From: an uncultured Flavobacteriales bacterium
GTDB taxonomy: Bacteria; Bacteroidota; Bacteroidia; Flavobacteriales; UBA1820
Direction: 5' to 3'
Assembly (NCBI GenBank): GCA_938023515.1
Contig: CALJDR010000085.1
Coordinates: forward strand, 46-64,045
DNA: 64,000 nucleotides
Positions within the stretch are counted from its first letter, which is position 1; each line of letters starts with the position of its first letter. A model generated the notes under the pieces. It saw only the letters and a program-made list of their open reading frames with translations, made no database searches and had not been told where the DNA came from. A program made the position numbers and the translations under genes. Of the stretch, positions 38,664 to 47,101 are shown piece by piece.

Positions 38664-38692
38664 TTTTTCCGGAGAGCAAATATACGGCTTTT

Positions 38693-39445
38693 TCAGCGGA
38701 TTTTCTCCGCCGCAACCCACAGGTAATCCACCGTGAGGGGCAAGCCTCCTTCGCCGGAAAATTCCGCCCGGTACCGCCGTTCGAAGTTTTCAAGACGCCC
38801 CGGAGTCCATAGTGTTTTGCGGATGCCGTTCACCCCCGTAGCCGAAAAATAGCGGAGCATCTCCCGGGCCGTATCGAAACACAGCGTATCCTTTTCCTCC
38901 CGGCACACCCATACCCGGAACCCTGCGTCTTCCAGCATTCCTTTGAGTTCCTTCGCCGGGATATAATCCAGCCCGCAGCCCGTCAGATGTTTGACCTGTG
39001 AAAAATTATCCGGCCCGAACGTGGAAAAACACAACGCACCACCCGGGACGAGGCTATCCGCTAATTTTTGTAAAAACCGGGGCATATCCTTTATCCACTG
39101 GAAGCAACTGGACGACACCACGGCATTCTGTCCCGAGGGGAATACCGCCTTTTCCGCATCCCCGACAAGGGGTTGGCAGCCCATACGGGAATACTCCTGC
39201 GCGAAAGAATCGGTAATATCGTTGGCCGTATAGACCGCCTGCGGGAAATACCCGCGCAGCCGCCGAGTAAGCAGCCCCGAACCGGCTCCAATCTCCAATA
39301 TCCGTCCCGGCTCCCGGCCGTTCAAGGCCCGGCAGAACATTTCCGCCAATTGCCCGGCCGCATAGTCCTGTATCCGTGCGTGCGCCTCGTAGGTATCGGC
39401 AGCGCGGGTAAAGGACCGTTTTATCAATTCCGTCTGTTCCGGCAT
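38693..39445 (-). CDS. bioC: Malonyl-ACP O-methyltransferase BioC
   Basis: 250 aa with the SAM-binding motif ILEIGAGSGLLT and the BioC-type N-terminus (IKRSFTRAADTYEAHARIQ), in bio operon context. Confidence 0.8.
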   Translation of the reverse strand: MPEQTELIKRSFTRAADTYEAHARIQDYAAGQLAEMFCRALNGREPGRILEIGAGSGLLTRRLRGYFPQAVYTANDITDSFAQEYSRMGCQPLVGDAEKAVFPSGQNAVVSSSCFQWIKDMPRFLQKLADSLVPGGALCFSTFGPDNFSQVKHLTGCGLDYIPAKELKGMLEDAGFRVWVCREEKDTLCFDTAREMLRYFSATGVNGIRKTLWTPGRLENFERRYRAEFSGEGGLPLTVDYLWVAAEKIR

Positions 39446-39455
39446 CTCTTGTTTT

Positions 39456-40121
39456 TTAAAATTCGAACACTTCGTTCCACGATTTCATCCCGGCAAGCGG
39501 ATAATGCGGTAATTCCTTTTCCACCGTATCCACACCTGCCTGCGCCCAGGCTCTCGATTGGTTTTCCGGCGGGAATATCCCGTCCTGCAGTCCTACGAGC
39601 GCCTTTTGCCAAATCGCTTTATCGGGCACACGGAAACGATCCTTCCACCAGGCCAGTTCGGCCCGGACATCCTCGAAACTACGGGAACCCGCCTGAGACA
39701 AAGGGCCTTCCCGGTAGGCAGTCACTCCACCCGCCATCCGCAGGACGAATTTTTCGAGGCTCCGCGGCGTCAATCCGGAAAGGGTCGCTTCGAAGACCGC
39801 CGCAGGAATACCGAGCGTATCGTCTATCGCCGGCATTGTCCCGCAAAGGACCACCATTCGGCGAATATTCAGTTTTTCTTTCAGTTTCTCCCAATCCATC
39901 AGCGAAGCATACCACACCCCCATCGACCAGGCTGCCACATCTACCTGCCCATATTCTTGCAAAGAGGAAAAATCAAAATCCTTCCCATCGTGATACGCGT
40001 AAAGCATCAGTACATCGGCCTCTGCAGACAAATGCGCTACTGCCCGAGCATCCTGCCCCCAGCCGTTGAAAAAAACGATCAGGCGGTCACCGCCCTTTTT
40101 CGCAAGCCACTGGTGTTTCAT
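39456..40121 (-). CDS. bioG: Pimeloyl-ACP methyl ester esterase BioG (DUF452)
   Basis: 221 aa with the DUF452-type pattern (LIVFFNGWGQD ... VAAWSMGVW) and a position between bioF and bioC, as in other Bacteroidota. Confidence 0.7.
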   Translation of the reverse strand: MKHQWLAKKGGDRLIVFFNGWGQDARAVAHLSAEADVLMLYAYHDGKDFDFSSLQEYGQVDVAAWSMGVWYASLMDWEKLKEKLNIRRMVVLCGTMPAIDDTLGIPAAVFEATLSGLTPRSLEKFVLRMAGGVTAYREGPLSQAGSRSFEDVRAELAWWKDRFRVPDKAIWQKALVGLQDGIFPPENQSRAWAQAGVDTVEKELPHYPLAGMKSWNEVFEF

Positions 40122-41278
40122 TTTTTCAATTTTTTAAAAGCATCCGCCACGCGCCCGATATCCTCCGGGGAAAAAGCGGCACTCAGGGAAAGCCGTATCC
40201 GCGCCTGTCCTTTAGGCACGGTCGGATGACGGATGGCCGTCGCCCATATCCCTTGCTCCCGTAGGCTGTCCGCTGCAGCCAGTACGGCGGCATTCTCGCC
40301 GAACACCACGGGGATTATATGACTGTCGCCCAACACCTTAAATCCTTCATTTTCCAGTTCTACCCGAAGCTGAGACGATGCCTTGGCCAGCCGTTCCCGT
40401 CGCGTGTCCATCGCCTGCATTCGGTCAAAAACGAAAGCGCTCCACCGCACACATGCCGGCGGGAGTGCCGTCGAAAAAATGAACGGCCGCGAGGTATTGA
40501 CCAAATACTCTTTCACCTCCCCCCGGCACAGTACGAACGCCCCCTGCGAGGCCAGGCCCTTGCCCATCGGGAAAACGGCCACGTCCGTTTGCTCCAGCAG
40601 CCCGGCAGCCCGGCATATACCGAGGCCATTTGGACCGTCCGTACCGATACTGTGGGCCTCGTCAATATACAACAGGGCTCCGTATTTCTCTTTCAGGTTG
40701 GCCAACTGCCGGACATCCGACCGGTCGCCGTCCATCGAAAAAATGCTTTCCGAGACGATCCAAATATTTTTGTAATGTTCCTTGTTTTTTACCAGCAGTT
40801 CTTCCAAATGCCCGTAGTCATTATGGCGGAACCGGGAAAAATCCGCTTTCGAGGACAATATCCCGTCGATGATGCTGGCATGGACGAGTTTATCCGCCAA
40901 TATAAGGTCGCCCGCCACGGCCAGTGCAGGAAGTATCCCCGTATTGGCATGATATCCCGATCCGAACACCAAAGCCGGGCGGCCATAAACCCGCTCCAAA
41001 TCCTCTTCAAAGTCCCGGTAAGCGTCCGTATTTCCTGTCATCAACCGCGAACCGGTCGAGCCGAAGCGCGTATCCCCCTCCCGGCTGAGGAATTCGCCGA
41101 TAAGTTTCGGATCGTTGGCGATGCCCAGATAATCATTTGCCGACAGGTTTAGGTATTCTTTTCCCTGCCGGGACATACAGGGCAGGCCGTAATCCCCGGC
41201 CCGCAGGCTACGCCGCATTCCGTCCGCCTGAAGGCGGGAAAGCCGCTCTGTGATATCGTGATAGAATCCTTCGCTCAT
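40118..41278 (-). CDS. bioF: 8-amino-7-oxononanoate synthase
   Basis: 386 aa alpha-oxoamine synthase pattern (YLNLSANDYLG, SGYHANTG, IDEAHS, FSMDGD, lysine in MGKGLAS). Confidence 0.9.
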   Translation of the reverse strand: MSEGFYHDITERLSRLQADGMRRSLRAGDYGLPCMSRQGKEYLNLSANDYLGIANDPKLIGEFLSREGDTRFGSTGSRLMTGNTDAYRDFEEDLERVYGRPALVFGSGYHANTGILPALAVAGDLILADKLVHASIIDGILSSKADFSRFRHNDYGHLEELLVKNKEHYKNIWIVSESIFSMDGDRSDVRQLANLKEKYGALLYIDEAHSIGTDGPNGLGICRAAGLLEQTDVAVFPMGKGLASQGAFVLCRGEVKEYLVNTSRPFIFSTALPPACVRWSAFVFDRMQAMDTRRERLAKASSQLRVELENEGFKVLGDSHIIPVVFGENAAVLAAADSLREQGIWATAIRHPTVPKGQARIRLSLSAAFSPEDIGRVADAFKKLKK

Positions 41279-41279
41279 C

Positions 41280-42557
41280 TTACGAAATGCATTGGATCAT
41301 CGTTCGGCACAGTTTGCGCAATTGGGCATCGGTGATCACGTATTGGGGCATGATATACACCAGGCGACCGAAAGGACGCACCCAGATACCTCCTTCCACA
41401 AATTTCTTCTGCAGGGAAGCCATATCCACCGGATCCTTCATTTCTATAACCCCTATCGCCCCCAGCACTCGGACTTCTTTCACGCCCGGCAGTTTTTCCG
41501 CGGCAGGAAGTTCCTGTTTCATGATCGTTTCGAGTTCTTTTATCCGGGAAAATCCTTTCTCTTCGAGGATATCGAAACTTTCGCAGGCGATCGCACAGGC
41601 CATCGGGTTGCCCATGAACGTAGGTCCGTGCATAAAGCATCCCGCCTCTCCTGCACAGACCGTATCGGCCACCTGCGTGGTGGCGATCGTCGCGGCAAAG
41701 GACATATATCCGCCCGTAATGGCTTTCCCTATGCACATGATATCCGGGACCACCCCGGCATGCTGACCGCCCCACCAACGCCCGGTACGGCCGAATCCGG
41801 TGGCTATCTCATCGAATATCAGCAGTACATCGTATTTTTTACATATGCGCGCCAGATGCACCAGGTATTCCGGGTTGTAAAAACGCATACCCCCGGCTCC
41901 CTGCACCACCGGTTCCAGGATAAAGGCCGCCAATCCGGCCGCTTTTTCCTTGATCTCCCGTTCGAGCGCGGCAACCACCTCTTTATCCACCGGCCGGTCG
42001 TATCCTCCCGGAAAGGCATCCACAAAATGCTGGACGGCCAGCCGTCCGTTGAATATCCCGTGCATACCCGTATCCGGATCGCACACCGACATAGCGTGCC
42101 AGGTATCGCCGTGGTAGCCGCTGCGGGTGGTCATAAACGCGGTCTTTTTCGCCTTACCCCGGGAGCTTTGGTATTGGAGAGCCATTTTCAGGGCCACTTC
42201 CACCGCCACCGATCCGGAATCCGAGTAAAATATCTTGTTCAGTCCCTCGGGCAGTACCCGGAGCAGCCTTCCGGCCAATCCGACAGCCGGGGCATGGGTC
42301 AGCCCCCCGAACATCACATGCGACATCCGCGCCAGCTGTTTTTTTACCGCCCGGTTCAGCCGGGGGTTGTTGTACCCATGGATCACCGCCCACCAGGAAC
42401 TCATCCCGTCGATCAGTTTCTCCCCCGTTTTCAAATGGATGTACACTCCCTTGCACCGGTCGACCGGATATACCGGCAGCGGGTCGAGGGTCGAGGTATA
42501 GGGATGCCACAAGTGTTCCCTATCCGTTTTCAGGTCTATTTTGTTGTAGTTTACCAT
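41280..42557 (-). CDS. bioA: Adenosylmethionine-8-amino-7-oxononanoate aminotransferase
   Basis: 425 aa class III aminotransferase with DEIATGFGRTG and the BioA-type N-terminus (DREHLWHPYTS). Confidence 0.9.
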   Translation of the reverse strand: MVNYNKIDLKTDREHLWHPYTSTLDPLPVYPVDRCKGVYIHLKTGEKLIDGMSSWWAVIHGYNNPRLNRAVKKQLARMSHVMFGGLTHAPAVGLAGRLLRVLPEGLNKIFYSDSGSVAVEVALKMALQYQSSRGKAKKTAFMTTRSGYHGDTWHAMSVCDPDTGMHGIFNGRLAVQHFVDAFPGGYDRPVDKEVVAALEREIKEKAAGLAAFILEPVVQGAGGMRFYNPEYLVHLARICKKYDVLLIFDEIATGFGRTGRWWGGQHAGVVPDIMCIGKAITGGYMSFAATIATTQVADTVCAGEAGCFMHGPTFMGNPMACAIACESFDILEEKGFSRIKELETIMKQELPAAEKLPGVKEVRVLGAIGVIEMKDPVDMASLQKKFVEGGIWVRPFGRLVYIMPQYVITDAQLRKLCRTMIQCIS

Positions 42558-42561
42558 CGTA

Positions 42562-43536
42562 TCATTCTTTTTCGTTCGGGACGAATCCCATTTCCCGGAT
42601 CAGCTGCATATCCCCTTCTATCTTCGGCCCGGCCGTGGTGAGCATATCGCCGACCATCAGCGCGTTCATACCCGAAGAAAAAGCCTTGCGTACGATCCCG
42701 GAGATGAGCAGCCGCCCCCCCGCAAAACGCATGAAGGCGTCCGGATTGATAAAACGCCAGAGGGCTATCGTACGCAGCACCTCCTCTTCCGACAGGGGTA
42801 GTGCCCCCTCGAGGGGAGTTCCTTTTATCGGGTTCAGGATATTCAGGGGGATGGATTTTACGCCCTGCGCCCGGAGTTCGAGGGCCAGGTCGATCCGGTC
42901 TTCCTCCGTTTCCCCCATGCCGATGATCCCTCCGGAGCATATCTTTAGCCCCGCTTCCCGGGCCTTGCGCATGGTCTCTATCTTGTCTTCGTACGTATGC
43001 TTTTTCACCAACACCGGGAAAAGCCGCCGCGAAGTCTCCAGGTTGATATGGTAATGGGTAACCCCTGCCTGGCGGAGCATTTCCATCCGCTCGCGATCGA
43101 GCAGCCCCATCGAGGCGCACAGGCTTAGCTTTCCATTGCCCCGCTCCCGGATCTTCCGGTAAATGGCGCAGGCTTTCTCTACCCTCCCTTTAGGAAAAGC
43201 GCGGGAAGCTGTGACCATCGAAAACCGGTGCACGCCGTACTCTTCGTTGCGCAAGGCAGCCTGGAGCGCTTCATCCTCGTCGATGATGTCGTATTTAGCG
43301 ACCCCCGTCGTGTACGAAACGGACTGGGCGCACCAGGCACAATCCTCCGAACATATCCCGGAGCGGGCGTTGATGATCGAGCAGGTATCCAAACACTCCC
43401 CGGTAAAATGCCGGCGTATGTCGTTCGCTGCCCGGAGCAATTCCTCCAGAGGGGCGTTTTTGTAAAGGTCTAAGGCTTCGTCCCGGGATATATCGCCGCC
43501 GGCGAAGACTTTTTGTTTCAGTGTTTCTGTTTTCAT
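42562..43536 (-). CDS. bioB: Biotin synthase
   Basis: 324 aa from ATG 43536 (MKTETLKQK...) with the radical-SAM cluster CSEDCAWC. The ORF-track start at 43572 lies inside the upstream hairpin. Confidence 0.9.
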   Translation of the reverse strand: MKTETLKQKVFAGGDISRDEALDLYKNAPLEELLRAANDIRRHFTGECLDTCSIINARSGICSEDCAWCAQSVSYTTGVAKYDIIDEDEALQAALRNEEYGVHRFSMVTASRAFPKGRVEKACAIYRKIRERGNGKLSLCASMGLLDRERMEMLRQAGVTHYHINLETSRRLFPVLVKKHTYEDKIETMRKAREAGLKICSGGIIGMGETEEDRIDLALELRAQGVKSIPLNILNPIKGTPLEGALPLSEEEVLRTIALWRFINPDAFMRFAGGRLLISGIVRKAFSSGMNALMVGDMLTTAGPKIEGDMQLIREMGFVPNEKE

Positions 43537-43550
43537 GTGCTTTTTATCTA

Positions 43551-43604
43551 AACAGAACAGGCCCGCTACCATCCTCTCCGGGATAATAGCGGGCCTGTTC
43601 TGTT
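43551..43604. promoter_or_regulatory. Perfect 17-bp inverted repeat immediately upstream of bioB
   Basis: aacagaacaggcccgct (43551-43567) and agcgggcctgttctgtt (43588-43604) are separated by 20 nt. The near arm ends 14 nt from the bioB ATG. No U-tract follows on either strand. Confidence 0.5.
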
Positions 43605-43923
43605 ATATATACTATACGAATTCTCCGATGCCGGATATACCAGTACAACAGCCCGGACTAAGGACTGCACGGCTAACTGCTCCACACGCTGTTCGGGAGG
43701 GATCAGCTCTTCATCTACATCGCTTTGCTGGAGGCGGAACACGGCCTCGTCCAGGCAACCGGTAGTACGGTGCGCCTTCCGCTCCTCCCCTTCGCACATA
43801 TCGGTACGCAGGCGGCATATCTTTACCTGCCGCCCGAGCGATGCGAACGCTGCGTATCCCCTGCGCGCCCAGCGCCGGAAATACAAAGGAGTTTTACGAG
43901 ATATGACCGTGCTTTTTCTCATA
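43566..43923 (-). other. Short ORF resembling the N-terminal leader of Bacteroidota TonB-dependent receptors (possible gene remnant)
   Basis: From ATG about 43923: MRKSTVISRKTPLYFRRWARRGYAAFASLGRQVKI...LDEAVF. The RRW..GYAAF.SLG..V pattern recalls TBDT N-termini, but the frame stops after about 119 aa inside the bioB-proximal hairpin. Confidence 0.2.
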
Positions 43924-44025
43924 CATAGAAGGCCTTGCAGCCACGGACAAATGTACGAAAAAAACTTTCGCGCCAGAAAACTTGCGTATGCAGATATTCC
44001 GTCGTATATTTGCACCATTAAACAT

Positions 44026-44098
<73 letters not shown>

Positions 44099-44108
44099 CA
44101 AAAGCCTT

Positions 44109-44142
44109 GTAACCACCTCAAAACGAGGTGGTTACTTCGTTT
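44109..44142 (+). terminator. Hairpin terminator after the tRNA
   Basis: 10-bp stem gtaaccacct/aggtggttac with loop caaaacg, followed by ttcgtttt. Confidence 0.6.
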
Positions 44143-44153
44143 TAGAGAGAATT

Positions 44154-44250
44154 TCGGGACAGAAACGGGACAGCGATAACTTTACTCGTGGGCCTGTTTT
44201 CCGAAAACGGGACAGTAATTTTTACACGTTTTGTAACAGCCAAAACGGGT
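44154..44250 (+). repeat. Direct repeats AAACGGGACAG (3 copies + 1 degenerate) between tRNA and integrase; candidate arm-type recombinase sites
   Basis: tcgggacag 44154-44162, aaacgggacag 44163-44173, aaaacgggacag 44204-44215, aaaacgggt 44242-44250. Confidence 0.5.
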
Positions 44251-44259
44251 AAAAAAAAA

Positions 44260-45432
44260 ATGTTCGTACTTCAAAATGAACAAACGCCCCCCCAGGGTAT
44301 TATAGATTACATTCCCGCTCGCCTTACCGAAGGAAAGGAGTGGTATGTGTCGTATTATGCAACCTACCCACCTACCGGGCAAATGCGGCGCAAGCGTATA
44401 AAGGTCAATCGGGTAAAAAGCGTACCCCAAAGGCGCACAATAGCAAGGGAAATCATCAAGCGGATAAACGGCAAGCTGGCCGAGGGGTGGAACCCCTTTG
44501 TCGAAAATGCCGCGCCCAAGAGCTTCCACCGTTTCGATACGGCGATAAAAACCTATTTAGAGGTGCAGAAAAAGGAGCTGGAAGATCGATCCTATAAGAG
44601 TTACGCCTCGTTCGTCAAGATCTTGCTGGAATACCTGGAAACGACCGGCAGGAAGCCGGATATGTTCGTGTATCAGTTCGATAAATCGGTGGCGGCGGAA
44701 ATTATGCTGGCCCTCAAACGAAACCCGAAGATCGCCCCGCGCACCTATAATAATTATCTCATGTTCTTTAAGAGCCTGTTTAATTGGCTGAAAAGTTTCA
44801 GCTATATTTCGGTAAATCCATTTGAAAATCTGCGTCCGATGCCCAAGAAACTAACAAAGGCGCATAAGGAGCTTTTCACGCCCGAAATGCGCCGGGATCT
44901 CAAGGAATACCTGGAATGGGAAAATCCGCGCTACCTGGTGGCCTGCCTATTGTGCTATTACTGTTTTATGCGGCCCAAAGAGATATCCTGGATGAAGCTG
45001 GGCGATATCAATTTCAAGACACAAACGATCCGGGTGTGGGAGGATTACGCGAAAAACGATAAAACATCCGTGCGGACGATCCCCGATGTGATGATGCCCT
45101 ACCTTTTGGCCTTGGATTGGAGTTATCCCAGCGATTACTTTGTGTTTTCGGGGGATAAAAAAGGCCGTTTCTTTGCCGGAAAAACGCATCTTGAGCCTAT
45201 TTATATCGCAAAATATTGGATATCGGTAAGGGAGCATTTCGGGTGGTCAAAAAAGGTACAGTTTTACAACCTCAAACACACCGGCATCACGAATATGCTG
45301 GCCGATGGCGTGGCTCCTAACTTCGTCCAGGGCCAGGCGGATCATCAATCGCTGGAAATGACCGGTAATTATGCAGCGACACAAACACCGGTGTCCCAAG
45401 AGGATATCCGGAAAAAGGTATCAGCGTTTTAA
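44260..45432 (+). CDS. int: Tyrosine-type site-specific integrase (Bacteroidota phage/CTn type)
   Basis: 390 aa from ATG 44260. It has an N-terminal arm-binding-type segment (YIPARLTEGKEWYVSYYA...RKRIKVN), a SAM-like core-binding domain and a C-terminal catalytic region (LKHTGITNML...DHQSLEMTGNYA). Confidence 0.85.
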   Translation: MFVLQNEQTPPQGIIDYIPARLTEGKEWYVSYYATYPPTGQMRRKRIKVNRVKSVPQRRTIAREIIKRINGKLAEGWNPFVENAAPKSFHRFDTAIKTYLEVQKKELEDRSYKSYASFVKILLEYLETTGRKPDMFVYQFDKSVAAEIMLALKRNPKIAPRTYNNYLMFFKSLFNWLKSFSYISVNPFENLRPMPKKLTKAHKELFTPEMRRDLKEYLEWENPRYLVACLLCYYCFMRPKEISWMKLGDINFKTQTIRVWEDYAKNDKTSVRTIPDVMMPYLLALDWSYPSDYFVFSGDKKGRFFAGKTHLEPIYIAKYWISVREHFGWSKKVQFYNLKHTGITNMLADGVAPNFVQGQADHQSLEMTGNYAATQTPVSQEDIRKKVSAF

Positions 45433-45924
45433 TATCCGGAATACTTTGTAAGCCGCCCCCAGGACAAGCACAATAAGAGCAAGCCCTCCGGCGTTCATGC
45501 GGATCTTCTGCCACCAATTTAGCTCCTTCTCCACGAAATAAGGCACTTCCTTTGTTTGGTACACAATGCTGTCCCGGATAGTTTCCCGATCCTTGTATTT
45601 TACCTCTATTTTAGGTGTAAACGCTTTATTTTGGAGGGTATGATAGATCGTGCCGTCCGGCTGTATTCGTGCATCGGAAGCGGCCAAAATCGTTTCCAAG
45701 TGTGAGCTGTCCCGGCGGATCACCTCAATACGTTCCGGGGGAAGCTGGACGGTTACGGTGTCGGTTTTCAATATCTCGCGGTATTCCACCCGCACCCTTT
45801 CCTCCTTGTTTTCCTTTTGCACCGCCCTCTTTACGCTGCAGGAGCAAAGGCAAAGCAGGCCGCAAGCCAGGAAAAACAGTAACAGCCCACCCAAAAGGAT
45901 TTTCAAAGTTCTCATATAGTTCAT
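45421..45924 (-). CDS. Lipoprotein with a C-terminal transmembrane anchor (unimolecular-spanin-like)
   Basis: 167 aa with an N-terminal signal and Cys cluster (LLFFLACGLLCLCSCSVK) and a C-terminal TM helix (GGLALIVLVLGAAYKVF). It is the last gene of the lysis cassette, and its 3' end overlaps int by 12 nt (convergent). Confidence 0.55.
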   Translation of the reverse strand: MNYMRTLKILLGGLLLFFLACGLLCLCSCSVKRAVQKENKEERVRVEYREILKTDTVTVQLPPERIEVIRRDSSHLETILAASDARIQPDGTIYHTLQNKAFTPKIEVKYKDRETIRDSIVYQTKEVPYFVEKELNWWQKIRMNAGGLALIVLVLGAAYKVFRILKR

Positions 45925-46013
45925 TATTTTAGTTTTTTACGTTTTTTTAAAATAAGCACAAGGCTTATTTTAGTTTTCTAAAATCTTCTAATTATTTCCA
46001 AATTAGAAATAGC

Positions 46014-46469
46014 CTATGCCGGGGTAAAATACAGGTCAAGCTCCATCTGCCGGCGGATGGTCAGCCCCCGCAGCTCCTTCCCTCCGGATTTATTCCATCG
46101 GAGCCATTCACGGGCGATACCTTCCCGGTCGTTCGGATCCGCATTTATCACTTTCCGCAGGGTGCTCTTGGCAAAATTGCCTTCTCCCAGGTTATACACC
46201 CAGGATACCAGCGCGGAATATTGGTTTTCGTTCAGCCGGAAGGATAAAAGGCCGTCCAAGGCCCGTTCTTTTTGCTCGATATCTTCCTGCAGGAATTTTT
46301 CGGCCTGGGCTTCGGTGATGGTCTGCCCCGGCTTAACACCTTGGGTATGCCCGTATCCGATTGTCCACACGCCGGCGGGACACAGATACGACTGCAGGCG
46401 CAGACTTTCACAGCTCTTGATGATCTGCAGGGCTCGTTTGTTGGTTTTCATTTTCAAAAAGTATTTCAT
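46014..46469 (-). CDS. Endolysin, GH24 (T4/lambda-type) lysozyme
   Basis: 151 aa with the catalytic pattern E-x8-C-x5-T in CESLRLQSYLCPAGVWTIGYGHT (the E-8-D/C-5-T triad). There is no SAR-type hydrophobic N-terminus. Confidence 0.85.
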   Translation of the reverse strand: MKYFLKMKTNKRALQIIKSCESLRLQSYLCPAGVWTIGYGHTQGVKPGQTITEAQAEKFLQEDIEQKERALDGLLSFRLNENQYSALVSWVYNLGEGNFAKSTLRKVINADPNDREGIAREWLRWNKSGGKELRGLTIRRQMELDLYFTPA

Positions 46470-46797
46470 CGCCCCGCTGGGGTATGCGTTTTAAGCACAT
46501 AGGGCGATAACATTTATCGTATTCTAAATCTTTACACTCTAATTCCTTTTCGTGGAGCTTTTGGAGGGTATCCAGGTGCGCCTTTTGTTCGTCCCGGAGT
46601 TCTTTATAAATGATATCCACCTTTTTATCGCGCTCACCGATCCGGGCCTCCATCCAATTCGTGCGCTTGATATCATTGTCCAGCTCCGCCTCGTCCGCTT
46701 CGGCATTTTCTTTTCGCCGGCGGGACTTGAAAAGCAAAGTTCCCAGGATACCGTTAGTGATCACCAGGGCCAGGAGGTTGTATATCTGTTCCGTCAT
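46408..46797 (-). CDS. Membrane-anchored coiled-coil protein (i-spanin-like or holin-associated)
   Basis: 129 aa with a single N-terminal TM helix (IYNLLALVITNGILGTLLF) followed by a charged coiled-coil. Its 3' end overlaps the endolysin start out of frame by about 40-60 nt. Confidence 0.5.
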   Translation of the reverse strand: MTEQIYNLLALVITNGILGTLLFKSRRRKENAEADEAELDNDIKRTNWMEARIGERDKKVDIIYKELRDEQKAHLDTLQKLHEKELECKDLEYDKCYRPMCLKRIPQRGDEILFENENQQTSPADHQEL

Positions 46798-46855
46798 TGT
46801 TCATCTACATTTAAGGCCCCGCCAGGGATGTAAACCTATACGGGGCCGGTTAGTA

Positions 46856-47101
46856 TTATTTGTTATGCAGGCGGATAGCGGCCCACACGCCGCCGGCCAC
46901 GGCAGCCACCGCCAGGATCACACCCGCGATGCCCATGACGGTTTCGCCTTCTTCAAATTTGTACGCGGCACCAGCCACGCAAATAGCCAATGCAAGGATT
47001 GTAGTGCCGATAATGGCCCACATTTTGCCAAATTTTTTGTTTTCGTTTACCATTGTTTTTAAAGGTTTGGTTATTAAAAGGTTATTCGATTGCATCGTCA
47101 T
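46856..47101 (-). CDS. Small two-TM membrane protein (holin candidate)
   Basis: 81 aa (or 65 aa from M17 at 47053) with two hydrophobic helices (WAIIGTTILALAICVAGAAY; GIAGVILAVAAVAGGVWAAI) and a basic C-terminus. It sits at the head of the lysis cassette. Confidence 0.55.
   Translation of the reverse strand: MTMQSNNLLITKPLKTMVNENKKFGKMWAIIGTTILALAICVAGAAYKFEEGETVMGIAGVILAVAAVAGGVWAAIRLHNK

Noticed and set aside
41292-42641. 449-aa plus-strand ORF opposite bioA
   Set aside because: It is a shadow ORF. bioA on the minus strand is unambiguous (DEIATGFGRTG).
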